A stretch of DNA of 64,000 bases from an uncultured cyanobacterium (GTDB lineage Bacteria; Cyanobacteriota; Cyanobacteriia; PCC-6307; Cyanobiaceae), in contig CAVONQ010000002.1 of NCBI GenBank assembly GCA_963697335.1, positions 32,001 to 96,000 on the forward strand, given 5' to 3'. The position numbers and the translations under genes were made by a program. The notes under the pieces were generated by a model, which searched no databases, had not been told where the DNA came from, and saw only the letters and a list, made by a program, of their open reading frames with translations. Within the stretch, counting starts at the first letter, position 1, and every line of letters starts with the position of its first letter. This document shows, piece after piece, positions 19,022-29,400 of the stretch.

Positions 19022-20476
19022 GTGAGCGACGCCCCTGACGACCGCAGCTTCGACTTCGACCTGATCGTGATCGGCGCCGGCTACGGCGGCTTCGATGCGG
19101 CCAAGCACGCCGCCGAGCATGGCCTTTCGGTGGCGATCGTGGAAGCGGCCGAGATGGGCGGCACCTGCGTGAACCGCGGCTGTGTGCCCAGCAAGGCCTT
19201 GCTCGCTGCCAGCGGCCGGGTGCGGGAACTGGCCGATGCCGAGCACCTGGCCGGTTTCGGCATCCACGCCGCGCCGGTGCGCTTTGAGCGCCAGAAGATC
19301 GCCGACCACGCCAATCAGCTCGTGGCCACGATCCGCACCAACCTCACCAAGACCCTGGAGCGCGCCGGCGCCACGATCCTGCGGGGCCAGGGCCGCCTCG
19401 CCGGCAGCCAGCAGGTGACTGTGCGGGCCAGCGGTGGCGGCGTGGAGCGCACCTACAGCGCCCGTGACGTGATCCTGGCCACCGGCTCCGAGCCCTTCGT
19501 ACCCCCCGGCATCGAGACCGATGGCCGCACCGTGTTCACCAGCGACGAGGCGGTGAGCCTGGAGTGGCTGCCGCGCTGGCTGGCGATCGTGGGCAGCGGC
19601 TACATCGGCCTGGAGTTCGCCGACGTCTACACGGCCCTGGGCTGTGAGGTGACCATGATCGAGGCCCTGGATCGGGTGATGCCCACCTTCGATCCCGACA
19701 TCGCCAAGATCGCCGCCCGCCATCTGATCGACGGCCGCGACATCGATGCCCGCGCCGGCCTGCTGGCCCGCAAGGTGACGCCGGGCTGCCCGGTGGTGAT
19801 CGAGCTGGCCGACATGCAGAGCCGCGAGCTGGTGGAAACCCTGGAGGTGGATGCGGTGCTGGTGGCCACCGGCCGGGTGCCCAGCAGCAAGCAGCTCAAC
19901 CTGGCTTCGGTGGGGGTGGAGACCAACCGGGGCTTCATCCCCGTGGATGAACGGATGCAGGTGCTGCTGAACGGCGAGCCCGTGCCCCACCTCTGGGCCG
20001 TGGGGGATGTGACCGGCAAGATGATGCTGGCCCACACCGCCGCCGCCCAGGGCAGCGTGGCGGTGGACAACATCCTGGGCCATGTGCGCCGCATCGATTA
20101 CCGCTCGATTCCAGCGGCCACCTTCACCCATCCGGAGATCAGTTCGGTGGGGCTGAGTGAGGCCGAGGCCAAGGAGCTGGCGGCCGCTGAGGGCTTCGCG
20201 CTGGGCAGCGTGCGCAGCTACTTCAAGGCCAACTCCAAGGCCCTGGCGGAGCTGGAGAGCGACGGGCTGATGAAGCTGCTGTTCAACAAGAGCACCGGCG
20301 AGGTGCTCGGCGCCCACATCTACGGGCTGCACGCCGCCGACCTGATCCAGGAGATCGCCAATGCTGTGGCGCGCCGCCAGAGTGTGCTTCAACTGGTCAA
20401 CGAGGTGCACACCCATCCCACCCTCAGTGAGGTGGTGGAGGTGGCCTACAAGCAGGCCGCCATGGCCGTGGCCTGA
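19022..20476 (+). CDS. lpdA: Dihydrolipoyl dehydrogenase
   Basis: IGAGYGG, GGTCVNRGCVPSK, GSGYIGLE, HTHPTLSE. Confidence 0.97.
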   Translation: MSDAPDDRSFDFDLIVIGAGYGGFDAAKHAAEHGLSVAIVEAAEMGGTCVNRGCVPSKALLAASGRVRELADAEHLAGFGIHAAPVRFERQKIADHANQLVATIRTNLTKTLERAGATILRGQGRLAGSQQVTVRASGGGVERTYSARDVILATGSEPFVPPGIETDGRTVFTSDEAVSLEWLPRWLAIVGSGYIGLEFADVYTALGCEVTMIEALDRVMPTFDPDIAKIAARHLIDGRDIDARAGLLARKVTPGCPVVIELADMQSRELVETLEVDAVLVATGRVPSSKQLNLASVGVETNRGFIPVDERMQVLLNGEPVPHLWAVGDVTGKMMLAHTAAAQGSVAVDNILGHVRRIDYRSIPAATFTHPEISSVGLSEAEAKELAAAEGFALGSVRSYFKANSKALAELESDGLMKLLFNKSTGEVLGAHIYGLHAADLIQEIANAVARRQSVLQLVNEVHTHPTLSEVVEVAYKQAAMAVA

Positions 20477-20516
20477 GGGCCGGCCCGCTCTGTCCATTCC
20501 CCTCGTCCGTTGATCG

Positions 20517-21404
20517 ATGCAGATTCGTCGCCGCCCCCCGAACCCCAAGGTGAAGGTGGCCTTCCTGGAGTACGGCGTGCCCCACGCCGAGGAGGCGCCG
20601 CGCCACATCCTCGAGGAGATCGTGTGGCAGAAGGACCGGGAAGTGGCCACGGCCCGCGAGCGGGTGCCCCTCCAGAAACTGGCCCGCCAGGTGGCCGATC
20701 TGCCCCCCACCCGCGACTTCGAGGCTGCCCTGCGGGCCAGCTGCCGCAAGCCTGCCGTGATCGCCGAGATCAAGAAGGCCAGCCCCAGCAAGGGCGTGAT
20801 CCGCGAGCACTTCGACCCCGAGGCCATTGCCCGCGGCTACGCCGCCGGTGGGGCCAGCTGTCTGTCGGTGCTCACCGACAAAACCTTCTTCCAGGGAGGC
20901 TTTGAGGTGCTGGTGCAGGTGCGCCAGGTGGTGGAGCTGCCCCTGCTCTGCAAGGACTTCATCCTCAGCCCTTACCAGCTCTATCAGGCCCGTGCCGCCG
21001 GCGCCGATGCCGCCCTGCTGATCGCTGCAATCCTTACGGATCAGGATCTCACCTATCTGCTCAAGGCGGCCCGCAGCCTCGGCCTGGCCACCCTGGTGGA
21101 GGTGCATGACAACGCCGAGATGGAGCGGGTGCTGGCCCTGGAGGGGGTGGGGCTGATCGGCATCAACAACCGGGATCTCGCCACCTTCCATACCGACCTG
21201 GCCACCACCGAGCAGCTGATGGCGCGCCACGGCGCGGCGTTGCGGGCCAAGGGCGCCCTGCTGGTGAGCGAATCGGGCCTGTTCAGCTGCGACGACCTCG
21301 ATCGGGTGCAGAGCGCCGGGGCGGATGCGGTGCTGGTGGGCGAAGCGCTGATGCGCCAGGACGACGTGACCGCCGCGCTGGAGGCCCTGATCCATGGCAG
21401 CTGA
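20517..21404 (+). CDS. trpC: Indole-3-glycerol phosphate synthase
   Basis: [44 protein letters not shown]. Confidence 0.97.
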   Translation: MQIRRRPPNPKVKVAFLEYGVPHAEEAPRHILEEIVWQKDREVATARERVPLQKLARQVADLPPTRDFEAALRASCRKPAVIAEIKKASPSKGVIREHFDPEAIARGYAAGGASCLSVLTDKTFFQGGFEVLVQVRQVVELPLLCKDFILSPYQLYQARAAGADAALLIAAILTDQDLTYLLKAARSLGLATLVEVHDNAEMERVLALEGVGLIGINNRDLATFHTDLATTEQLMARHGAALRAKGALLVSESGLFSCDDLDRVQSAGADAVLVGEALMRQDDVTAALEALIHGS

Positions 21405-21932
21405 GGGCACGTCTTGCCCTCAGGCCTTACGGAACTCGATCACTGGAAAACCGCCGAGCTCCGGAGACTTCTGGATCACGAGCTGTCCTGTCTAAGCAGA
21501 TCTTTCGGCGCCAATGAGGTGCGCCTCAATAAATTTTGTCAAGTATTCATGCCTTGCCACGTGATACCAGGCAGGGGAAGAAGAACGATTGACAGAGCTT
21601 GATCCAGCACCAAGTACATGGCTGCAACCTTGATGAGTTCGTCTCTGAAAAGAGCAGTAACTTTGATTTGACCTCATGCTGACCGCGTCGAGAGAAGTCT
21701 GTCCATATCCGTCTCCGGAGGCGCTGAGCCTTTGGCTGGCATTCCCTGGAAAAACAGCGAGCGCAGTGGCTCTGCTGACAAAGTGCTGATGCACAACCTC
21801 CGTCTTGATATTCTAGGCTGGAATGCCATTTCGGCAATGAGTCGTCGGGGTCTTATGGGTTTAAGACTTGATAGGAAGCCCTACGCTGAGATTGCAGATG
21901 GTCTTGCTGGGTTGCACGCCAGACAGGTGAGA

Positions 21933-22682
21933 ATGGGCAGGCGGTTCTTGCCTAATTTCATCATCATCGGCGCCGCTAAGTCTGCCACGACTACACTTGC
22001 CACAGTGCTCTCAAGCCATGCTGATATTTACATCAGCCGTCCGAAAGAGCCGAAGTTTTTCGGGCGCCATTACGGTAAGGGATGGTCATGGTATCGGAGC
22101 ATCTTCAGGGCCGGATGCGGCTTTGCCTTGCGCGGTGAGGCGAGCACGATGTATGCCAGCTCGCTGAGGGAATTTCGGGATGCTCCTGGGCTTATGCATC
22201 GATACTTTCCAGGAATGAAAATCGTTTATGTAGTGCGTCATCCCCTTGATCGGCTAGTGTCTCAGTGGCGCCACGTCAAAGGACGATGCCCTGACTATGT
22301 GGAGTTTGAGCGAATTCTTTTCGACCGTCGAGCCGCCCGTCTGTTGATCGGATGTTCCAGTTACTACGAAAGGATCAATGCCTATCGAAGATATTTCCCG
22401 GATCAGCAGATTCATTGCTTGACGTTTGAGGATCTTATTGCTGATCCTGCTGTCGCCCTCGGGAAGTTGCTTGCTTTTCTGGGGCTTCCGCCTCAGGCTC
22501 AAAGCATCCTTGAAGCAGGAAATTTGCCCAGGCTCAACAAGGTGGGAGAAAAGGGTCGTGCCCATGTGTCGAAGCCCGACTGGCCAAGCCCTATGCGTGC
22601 CTCAGTGATTCAACGACTCCGCCCTGATGCAGAAGCCTTTCTCGCCTACATCGGCAAGCCGAAAGATTATTGGAACTGGTGA
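21933..22682 (+). CDS. PAPS-dependent sulfotransferase in a low-GC islet
   Basis: 5'-PSB PNFIIIGAAKSATTTL, KEPKFF, GEASTMY and 3'-PB KIVYVVRHPLDRLVSQW. ORF is open from 21732; start uncertain. Confidence 0.88.
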   Translation: MGRRFLPNFIIIGAAKSATTTLATVLSSHADIYISRPKEPKFFGRHYGKGWSWYRSIFRAGCGFALRGEASTMYASSLREFRDAPGLMHRYFPGMKIVYVVRHPLDRLVSQWRHVKGRCPDYVEFERILFDRRAARLLIGCSSYYERINAYRRYFPDQQIHCLTFEDLIADPAVALGKLLAFLGLPPQAQSILEAGNLPRLNKVGEKGRAHVSKPDWPSPMRASVIQRLRPDAEAFLAYIGKPKDYWNW

Positions 22683-22894
22683 TCTGGAGATCCACCCCAG
22701 CAGCAGCTCTATCGGCTGCAGGCATGAACAACCTGGTGGCAAATCTCAAGTAGTACCTTGGCACTGATGGTCGCAACCTTGTCTGTTCCCGTTGTCAGGA
22801 GCCGAAGCACTTGGACTTGCTCAAGCCTCGTGCGATCAAGAGGCCCTCTGGAGAGACTGGAATCTGATCGATGCGGGACAGGGTCCTGAAGCCA

Positions 22895-22926
22895 TGGTCA
22901 GAGGTGCCCGATGAGCACCTTGACCA
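22895..22926. terminator. Stem-loop downstream of rpsD (putative terminator or 3' stabiliser)
   Basis: tggtca-g-aggtgc / gcacct-tgacca inverted repeat about 40 nt past the rpsD stop; no clear U-tract. Confidence 0.45.
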
Positions 22927-22967
22927 CAGCCCCCAGAACCCTCTCATTGCCTGGGCCTGGGAGATCC

Positions 22968-23576
22968 CTACACCTTGCGGGAATAGAACTCCACCACCAG
23001 CAGTTCGTTGATTTCCAGGGCGACCCACTCGCGCTCGCAGCGGCTGATCACCTTGGCGGTGAACTTGTTCTTGTCCAGTTCCAGGTGGGGAGGGATGTTG
23101 GCCAGACCCGGGAACTCCAGGTTGCCCTCCGCCAGCTTGCGGCTCTGCTTGCGCTCGCGCACGGCGACCACGTCGCCGGGCTTGCACTGGAAGCTGGCAA
23201 TGTCCACGACCCGGCCGTTGACGGTCACGTGGCCGTGGTTCACGAACTGGCGGGCGCCGGGCACGGTGGGCCCGAAGCCGAGGCGGAAACAGATGTTGTC
23301 GAGACGGCTCTCGAGCAGCTTGAGCAGGTTGGTGCCGCTGGAGCCTCCCTGGGCTCGCGCTTTCTTGACGTAGCGCACCAGCTGGCGCTCGGAGATGCCG
23401 TAGTTGAAGCGAAGCTTCTGCTTCTCTTCCAGGCGGATGGCGTATTCGGAGCGCTTGCGACGGGCTTGGCCGTGCTGACCGGGGGGATAAGACCGCTTGG
23501 CGGACTTACGGGTGAGACCGGGAAGGTCTCCCAAGCGCCGCGTGATCCTCAGACGAGGGCCGCGGTAACGAGACAT
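22968..23576 (-). CDS. rpsD: 30S ribosomal protein S4
   Basis: [54 protein letters not shown]. Confidence 0.99.
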   Translation of the reverse strand: MSRYRGPRLRITRRLGDLPGLTRKSAKRSYPPGQHGQARRKRSEYAIRLEEKQKLRFNYGISERQLVRYVKKARAQGGSSGTNLLKLLESRLDNICFRLGFGPTVPGARQFVNHGHVTVNGRVVDIASFQCKPGDVVAVRERKQSRKLAEGNLEFPGLANIPPHLELDKNKFTAKVISRCEREWVALEINELLVVEFYSRKV

Positions 23577-23667
23577 GAAAACAAGGTGGTGGGACGGAAC
23601 GGGAACCCAGGTGGGGCCCATGACGGCCGCAGCTCGGGCATGCTGGATCAAGTCCGCTGCCCGCGCC

Positions 23668-23976
23668 TTGACGCGCCAACGATCGATCTTATCGGTTGGC
23701 CCCGTGGCCCTCGGACTGGACCCATCCCCTGAGCTGCCCGCTCCTACGGGTCCCTCCCGCTGGCTGGCCTGGCTGCTGCTGGGGCTGATCGGCCTCTACC
23801 GCCGCTTTCTCTCGCCCCTGCTGGGCCCCCGTTGCCGCTTCATTCCCAGCTGCAGTGCCTATGGCCTGGAGGCGATCAGCCGCCATGGGCCCTGGCGCGG
23901 CGGCTGGCTCACCCTGCGGCGGCTGCTGCGCTGTCACCCCTTCACGCCCTGCGGCTGTGATCCGGTGCCCGACTGA
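23668..23976 (+). CDS. yidD: Membrane protein insertion efficiency factor YidD
   Basis: [36 protein letters not shown]. Start uncertain. Confidence 0.93.
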   Translation: MTRQRSILSVGPVALGLDPSPELPAPTGPSRWLAWLLLGLIGLYRRFLSPLLGPRCRFIPSCSAYGLEAISRHGPWRGGWLTLRRLLRCHPFTPCGCDPVPD

Positions 23977-24053
23977 GCCCACCGACCGGCTCCCGGCCCC
24001 TCCCTTCCCTTCCCTTACTGTCTCGCCCTGACTATCCCGCCCTGCCGTCCCCC

Positions 24054-24329
24054 ATGGCCGATCTTCTGGTGCTCTACTCCCGCCCGGGCTGCTGCCTGTG
24101 TGAGGGGTTGGAGGAGAAGCTGCGCCGGCTCACGCCGCCGCCGCCCCTGGCGGTGGTGAATGTGGATGACGACCCGGCCCTGCAGGCCCGCTTCGGGCTG
24201 GAGGTGCCGGTGCTTGGCTGGCGCACGCCCAGGGGTGAGCATCTGCTGCCCCGGGTGCCGCCTCGCCTGGTGGACACGGCCCTGCTGGTTTGGTTGGGCA
24301 AGAACGGTTTTCCTGGGGCAAGCGTCTAG
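24054..24329 (+). CDS. Glutaredoxin-like protein (DUF836 type)
   Basis: [25 protein letters not shown]. Confidence 0.85.
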   Translation: MADLLVLYSRPGCCLCEGLEEKLRRLTPPPPLAVVNVDDDPALQARFGLEVPVLGWRTPRGEHLLPRVPPRLVDTALLVWLGKNGFPGASV

Positions 24330-24358
24330 AACGGCGCCAGCCAACCCGTTGCCCCGCC

Positions 24359-25876
24359 ATGCCCACCCTGCTTCATCCCCTGCTGCGCGAAGTGGGACTG
24401 CAGGTGCCCGAGGGCCTTCCCGACGCCACGGTGCGCTCGATCAGCTGCGACTCGCGCCGGGTGGGTCCTGAGACCCTGTTCATCGGTCTGCCTGGCACCC
24501 AGGTGGATGGTGGCCGCTACTGGCGCTCCGCCCTGGAGGCAGGCGCTTGTCTGGCGGTGGTGGGTCCCGGGGCGGTCCTCGACGACCGCCCCGGCGATGG
24601 CGATCCGGTGCTGGTGGTGAAAGAACCCGTGGCCCGCTGGGCCGGAGCCCTGGCCGCCGCCTACTGGGCACAACCCAGCGCCCGCCTGGCCCTGATCGGG
24701 GTCACCGGCACCAACGGCAAGACCACCACCACCCATCTGATCGAGCACCTGGCGGGGGCGGCGGGGCTGCCGACCGCCCTGTTCGGCACCCTTGAGAACC
24801 GCTGGCCCGGCTACAGCGTCACGGCCCAGCACACCACCGCCTTCGCGGATCTGCTGCAGGCCCAGCTGGCCCGCGCGGTCGAGGCCGGCGCCCGGATCGG
24901 TGCCATGGAGGTGAGCTCCCATGCCCTCGATCAAGACCGGGTGGCCGGCTGCCAGTTCGCCGGGGCGGTGTTCACCAACCTCACCCAGGACCACCTCGAC
25001 TACCACGCCTCGATGGAGGCCTACTTCGCCGCCAAGGCGCTGCTGTTCGCCTCGCCCCTGCTCAAGGCCAGTGCCAGCCCCACGGTGGTGGTCAATGGCG
25101 ACGACCCCTGGGGCGCCCAACTGGCCCGCCAGCTGGGGCAGCGCTGCTGGCGCAGTTCCCTGCTCGACCCCGGCGCCGAGCTGTTCATCGATTCCCTCGA
25201 GATGGAGAGCAGCGGTGTGGGCGGCCGGCTTGTAACCCCCCTGGGGGAGGGCCGTTTCCAGTCGCCGCTGCTGGGCCGCTTCAACCTGATGAACCTGCTG
25301 CAGGCCGTGGGAGCCCTGGTGCAGCAGGGGATTCCGCTGGACCTGCTGCTGCCCGGGCTGGCCAGTTTCCGGGGGGTGCCCGGACGCATGGAGCGGGTGA
25401 GTGCCGCCGGCACCCAGCCCCAGCCGGTGGTGTTGGTGGACTATGCCCATACGCCCGATGGCCTGGACAATGCCCTCCAGGCCAGCCGCCCCTTCACCAG
25501 GGGGCAGCTGATCTGCGTGTTCGGCTGCGGCGGTGACCGCGATCGCAGCAAGCGGCCCCAGATGGGTGCCATCGCCGCCCGCCTGGCCGATCGCGTCGTG
25601 GTGACCTCCGACAATCCGCGCACGGAGGATCCCCAGGCCATCCTCGACGACGTCTTGGCCGGCATCCCCGCCGGCACCGACCTGGAGGTGGAAGGGGACC
25701 GGGCCCTGGCGATCGCCGCGGCGATCAGGGCAGCGCAGCCCGAGGATCTGGTGCTGATCGCTGGCAAGGGCCACGAGGATTACCAGATCCTGGGCACCAC
25801 CAAGATCCACTTCGACGACAGGGAGGAGGCCCAGAAGGCCCTCGGCGCCAGGCTGGGCTTAGCCGGTTTGAAGTGA
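24359..25876 (+). CDS. murE: UDP-MurNAc-tripeptide synthetase (meso-DAP ligase)
   Basis: [59 protein letters not shown]. Confidence 0.97.
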   Translation: MPTLLHPLLREVGLQVPEGLPDATVRSISCDSRRVGPETLFIGLPGTQVDGGRYWRSALEAGACLAVVGPGAVLDDRPGDGDPVLVVKEPVARWAGALAAAYWAQPSARLALIGVTGTNGKTTTTHLIEHLAGAAGLPTALFGTLENRWPGYSVTAQHTTAFADLLQAQLARAVEAGARIGAMEVSSHALDQDRVAGCQFAGAVFTNLTQDHLDYHASMEAYFAAKALLFASPLLKASASPTVVVNGDDPWGAQLARQLGQRCWRSSLLDPGAELFIDSLEMESSGVGGRLVTPLGEGRFQSPLLGRFNLMNLLQAVGALVQQGIPLDLLLPGLASFRGVPGRMERVSAAGTQPQPVVLVDYAHTPDGLDNALQASRPFTRGQLICVFGCGGDRDRSKRPQMGAIAARLADRVVVTSDNPRTEDPQAILDDVLAGIPAGTDLEVEGDRALAIAAAIRAAQPEDLVLIAGKGHEDYQILGTTKIHFDDREEAQKALGARLGLAGLK

Positions 25877-25982
25877 CAAGGATGGTGAACTCGGAGCAAG
25901 CACGCTGCCAGGGCAGCCCTTGGCCAGTACGTTTACCCCGTCCGGTATCTGGTTTCACCGCTCCATGTCTTCTTCCGTGCCC

Positions 25983-26705
25983 ATGTCGAGGAAATTCCTC
26001 GCCGAGTTGATCGGTACGTTCTGGCTGGTGTTCGGGGGCTGCGGCAGCGCCGTGCTGGCCGCCGTCTTCCCGTACGACGATGCCGCCGTCAATCCCCTCG
26101 GTCTCGGTTTCCTCGGGGTATCGCTCGCCTTTGGCCTGACGCTGCTCACCATGGCCTACGCCATCGGCCATATCTCTGGCTGCCATATCAATCCTGCCGT
26201 CACCTTCGGTCTCTGGGCCAGCGGCCGCCATCCCGGCTCCCAGCTGCTTCCCTACATCGCCGCCCAGGTGATCGGCGGCTGGCTCGCCGGCGGCCTCCTG
26301 CTGGGCATTGCCAATGGCCGACCCGGCTTTGAACTCAGTGGCAGCAACCCGCTGGCCACCAATGGCTTCGGGGCCCACTCCCCCGGGGGCTACGGCCTGC
26401 TTTCGGCGCTGATCATCGAGGTGGTGCTCACCTTCGTCTTCCTGCTGGTGATCCTGGGCGCCACCCACAAGGATGCGATCAAGGACCTGGCCGGCGTGCC
26501 GATCGGCCTGAGCCTGGTGCTGATCCACCTGATCAGCATCCCCGTCACCAACACCTCGGTGAACCCCGCCCGCAGCACTGGCGTGGCTCTGTGGGTGGGT
26601 GGTGATGCCGTGGGCCAGTTGTGGCTGTTCTGGCTGGCGCCGATCGTTGGAGCCCTGCTGGCTGGCTGGGTCCAGCGTCAGCTGCTGGATGGTCGCAGCG
26701 ACTGA
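25983..26705 (+). CDS. aqpZ: Aquaporin Z
   Basis: [29 protein letters not shown] and [10 protein letters not shown] (two NPA motifs), LWLFWLAP. Confidence 0.96.
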   Translation: MSRKFLAELIGTFWLVFGGCGSAVLAAVFPYDDAAVNPLGLGFLGVSLAFGLTLLTMAYAIGHISGCHINPAVTFGLWASGRHPGSQLLPYIAAQVIGGWLAGGLLLGIANGRPGFELSGSNPLATNGFGAHSPGGYGLLSALIIEVVLTFVFLLVILGATHKDAIKDLAGVPIGLSLVLIHLISIPVTNTSVNPARSTGVALWVGGDAVGQLWLFWLAPIVGALLAGWVQRQLLDGRSD

Positions 26706-26711
26706 ACTGCG

Positions 26712-26741
26712 CAGCTGAGTGATCAACTGATCTCTCAGCTG
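26712..26741. terminator. Palindromic hairpin between convergent aqpZ and the class-V aminotransferase
   Basis: cagctgag-t-gatca-ac-tgatc-t-ctcagctg near-perfect inverted repeat; overlaps the stop codon at 26735. Confidence 0.5.
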
Positions 26742-27919
26742 ATCAGGCCCGGCGCGGTGAACTCGGCCAGAGTCTTCACCAGCTGGGCCACCTCAGCTTC
26801 CGTGGTGGTGATGTGGGTGCAGGCGCGCAGGCAGTGAGGGTCGTCCAGGGTCCGAAGCCAGAGGCGCCGCTGCCCCAGCTTGCGCACCAGATCCCCAGGC
26901 TCCATGCCCTCCACCACGAAGCTCACCAACCCTGCAGGTGGGGGCTGGTGCAGCAGCGTCCGTACGCCTGGCAGCGGCTGCAGTTGCTGCCACAGGGACC
27001 CGGCCAGCTCCTGGATCTGCCATAGCCGCTGGGCATCGGTGCCTTCACCCTCCAGCAGCTCCAGGGAGTGATTCAGGCCGGCGAACAAAGGGATGCAGGA
27101 GGTGGCCACCTCAAAGCGGCGCGCGTCGGTGTGGAAGCCACTGGCCGCACTGCCCTCATGGCTGAGGCTGCGCCAGCCGATGAGGGTGGGCTGGGCTTCC
27201 GCCAGCAGCCGCTCGGAGAGGGCCACCACGCCCAGGCCCTCCGGCCCGCAGCACCACTTGTGGCCTGTGCAGGCGTAGATGTCGGCCGCCCGGGCCGCCT
27301 CCGCCACCGGGATGCTGCCGAGCGACTGGGCCGCATCCACCAGCAGCCAGGGCCGCTGCGGGTGCTGGCCCAGCCGGCTGGCCACAGCGGCGATCGGCAT
27401 GGTCTGGCCGGTGTTCCAGAGCAGGTGGGAGAGCACCACCAGGCGGGTGCGCGGGCCGAGGGCGTTCTCCAGCCGCTCCAGCACTGCTGCGTCGGTGGAC
27501 GCCGGATCGCGCCGCAGGTCAGCGACCCGGAAACGCTCAATCGTGAGTTGCTGGCGTCGGGCCAGCTCCTGGCAGGCCGCCACCACACCGGGGTGTTCGC
27601 AGTCGCTGAGCAGCAGCACATCCCCGGGCTGCCAGGGCAGTCCCCAGAGGGGCAGCACGCAGCCACTGGTGACGTTCTCGGTGAAGGCCAGGCGCTGCGG
27701 TGCCACCCCGAGCCAGCGTCCCAGGCGCCCCCGCAGGCCCGCCACCGTGGACTCCACGAAAGGCCACACATCCCCAGTGAACGGCCCCAGCTCCTGCAGC
27801 CGGCCCCACGCCGCCACCATGGCGTCAAGACTGGCTGTTGGCAGCGGTCCCTGGCCGCCGTAGTTGAAGTAGGTCTTGTTGGCCAGGGCCGGCAGCTGGT
27901 CGCGAAATGCGCTGGTCAC
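26735..27919 (-). CDS. Class V PLP aminotransferase, L-cysteine/cystine lyase-like
   Basis: YFNYGGQGP, DCEHP, LSHLLWNTG, LVDAAQS, TGHKWCCGPEG, RFEVAT. Confidence 0.9.
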   Translation of the reverse strand: MTSAFRDQLPALANKTYFNYGGQGPLPTASLDAMVAAWGRLQELGPFTGDVWPFVESTVAGLRGRLGRWLGVAPQRLAFTENVTSGCVLPLWGLPWQPGDVLLLSDCEHPGVVAACQELARRQQLTIERFRVADLRRDPASTDAAVLERLENALGPRTRLVVLSHLLWNTGQTMPIAAVASRLGQHPQRPWLLVDAAQSLGSIPVAEAARAADIYACTGHKWCCGPEGLGVVALSERLLAEAQPTLIGWRSLSHEGSAASGFHTDARRFEVATSCIPLFAGLNHSLELLEGEGTDAQRLWQIQELAGSLWQQLQPLPGVRTLLHQPPPAGLVSFVVEGMEPGDLVRKLGQRRLWLRTLDDPHCLRACTHITTTEAEVAQLVKTLAEFTAPGLIS

Positions 27920-28999
27920 TCAGGCCTGGGTGCCGAAGGTCACCTGGCAGGCCGCGTTGATCAGCTGGGCTTCCGCTGGGGTGGTGGGCACGTCACCGTT
28001 CAGCAGCCCCTCCTCGCAGTCGGCCTCCATCTCATAGGTGCCGGAGCCGTTGTTGACGGCAAACGTGACCCCCGTGTCTTCCACAGGTTCCACGCTGCCG
28101 TAGTACAGCTGCCAGTTTGTATCGGGCACGATCACAGTGGGCTGACGGCGCTGGATGGCCCGGTCAATGGAGTTGTTGATGATCGCCGCCGTGGTGAGGG
28201 CAGTGATGCCCCACACCAGGGACTGCCCGACCCACCAGCCCCATGGCGGTGAACTGGACCAACCGCCATACCAGCCACCACCCCAGGGGCGAGCGTTGTA
28301 CCAGCCGCGATTACGGGCCCAACCGCCCTGTCCGTAGTAGTTGTTGACCACCACCGGGCGGCGCCATTGGTTCCGCTTGATGTTGTTGTAACTACGCCAG
28401 CGGTTGCTGTCCCAGTCTCTGTAGCGGTTTTCGGCCTTGCGGTAGCCGCGGTCATACCCCCGGTCGTAACCGCGCTGGCGGCCCTTGCCGACCCCCTCGC
28501 GGTAGCCGGTCTTGACGCCCTTGTTGTAGCCACGGTCCTTGCCTTCGCGCAGACCTTGGCGATAGATGCGATCGCGTTCCTCCTTGGTGAGGCTGCGATC
28601 GGATTTTGGTGTTCTGTCTTTGTTGTTGTGGCTGTTTTTGACGTTCCTGTCTTTGGCTCGATCGTTCTTCTGGTTGTTGCTGGTCTTTCGATTGACGTTG
28701 TTTTTCTGATTCCTGTCGCTTGACTTGCGGTCGTTCTTCTGCCGCTTCTCAGGCTTCTGGTCGCGGTTCTTCTTCTTTTTCTTGTCTCGGTCTTTATCCT
28801 TGTCTTTCTCTTTGGCGATCAGCACTGGGCCGCTGTCGCCACCTGCCACCATGGCAGCGTTGGCCCGTTGGGCGGCGGGTTGCTGGTGGGACTGCCGCAG
28901 AGCAGCCATGGAGGGCAGGGCGGTGGCGCAGGCCATCACCAACGCCATGCTGATGGCGGGCAGGCCCAGACCAGCCTTGTGGTTTGAGTGGAGTGTCAT
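27920..28999 (-). CDS. Hypothetical, probably secreted protein with Lys/Asp-rich region, GxxxG repeats and a Trp/Gly-rich C-terminal domain
   Basis: Long ORF with a hydrophobic leader and C-terminal Cys pair (ADC...NAAC); its stop abuts the start of the next gene. Confidence 0.8.
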   Translation of the reverse strand: MTLHSNHKAGLGLPAISMALVMACATALPSMAALRQSHQQPAAQRANAAMVAGGDSGPVLIAKEKDKDKDRDKKKKKNRDQKPEKRQKNDRKSSDRNQKNNVNRKTSNNQKNDRAKDRNVKNSHNNKDRTPKSDRSLTKEERDRIYRQGLREGKDRGYNKGVKTGYREGVGKGRQRGYDRGYDRGYRKAENRYRDWDSNRWRSYNNIKRNQWRRPVVVNNYYGQGGWARNRGWYNARPWGGGWYGGWSSSPPWGWWVGQSLVWGITALTTAAIINNSIDRAIQRRQPTVIVPDTNWQLYYGSVEPVEDTGVTFAVNNGSGTYEMEADCEEGLLNGDVPTTPAEAQLINAACQVTFGTQA

Positions 29000-29150
29000 G
29001 CCAAGGTCCAATTGGCGATGAATTCACTATGAACAGCCTGGAGGGGCTTGACAGCCGTGGCTTTCCAGTTCTCAAGGTGGTGCTGATTGTGTTCTGAGGT
29101 AACGCCGCTGCTTAGGAGCCGCAAGGCAAACCACTCAGCGGCGTTCGGCT

Positions 29151-29330
29151 TCAGAGCACCTGGCCTAGGGCCACGGCCGCGATGGCCGAAAACAGGGTGA
29201 TGCCAAGGGCAGTGACCGGATTCTGGCCCTGGGCAACGGCCACCGTCGTCACCACCCCGGCACCGATGCAGGCCACGGCCAGCTGGGTGAACAGTTCACC
29301 GCGATCACGAGGAGTGGGGCTGGGGGTCAT
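29151..29330 (-). CDS. Small two-TM hypothetical membrane protein
   Basis: 59 aa, ELFTQLAVACIGAGVVTTVAVAQGQNPVTALGITLFSAIAAVALGQVL, two hydrophobic helices. Confidence 0.65.
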   Translation of the reverse strand: MTPSPTPRDRGELFTQLAVACIGAGVVTTVAVAQGQNPVTALGITLFSAIAAVALGQVL

Positions 29331-29400
29331 GGCGGTGCCTTGGTCGTGAGCAGACCGTAGGGGGGGTGACCAGGCCCACCCAGCCGTGGCCACAGGCTTG

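Noticed and set aside
21414..21837. Short ORFs (62-100 aa) in the low-GC islet upstream of the sulfotransferase
   Set aside because: No recognisable motifs, mutually overlapping on both strands, no transposase or integrase signature; not supportable without a search.
23590..23640. GGAACGGGAACC upstream of rpsD, resembling part of the glutamine-II (downstream-peptide) riboswitch
   Set aside because: The complementary CGTTC 5' strand and the rest of the motif are absent.
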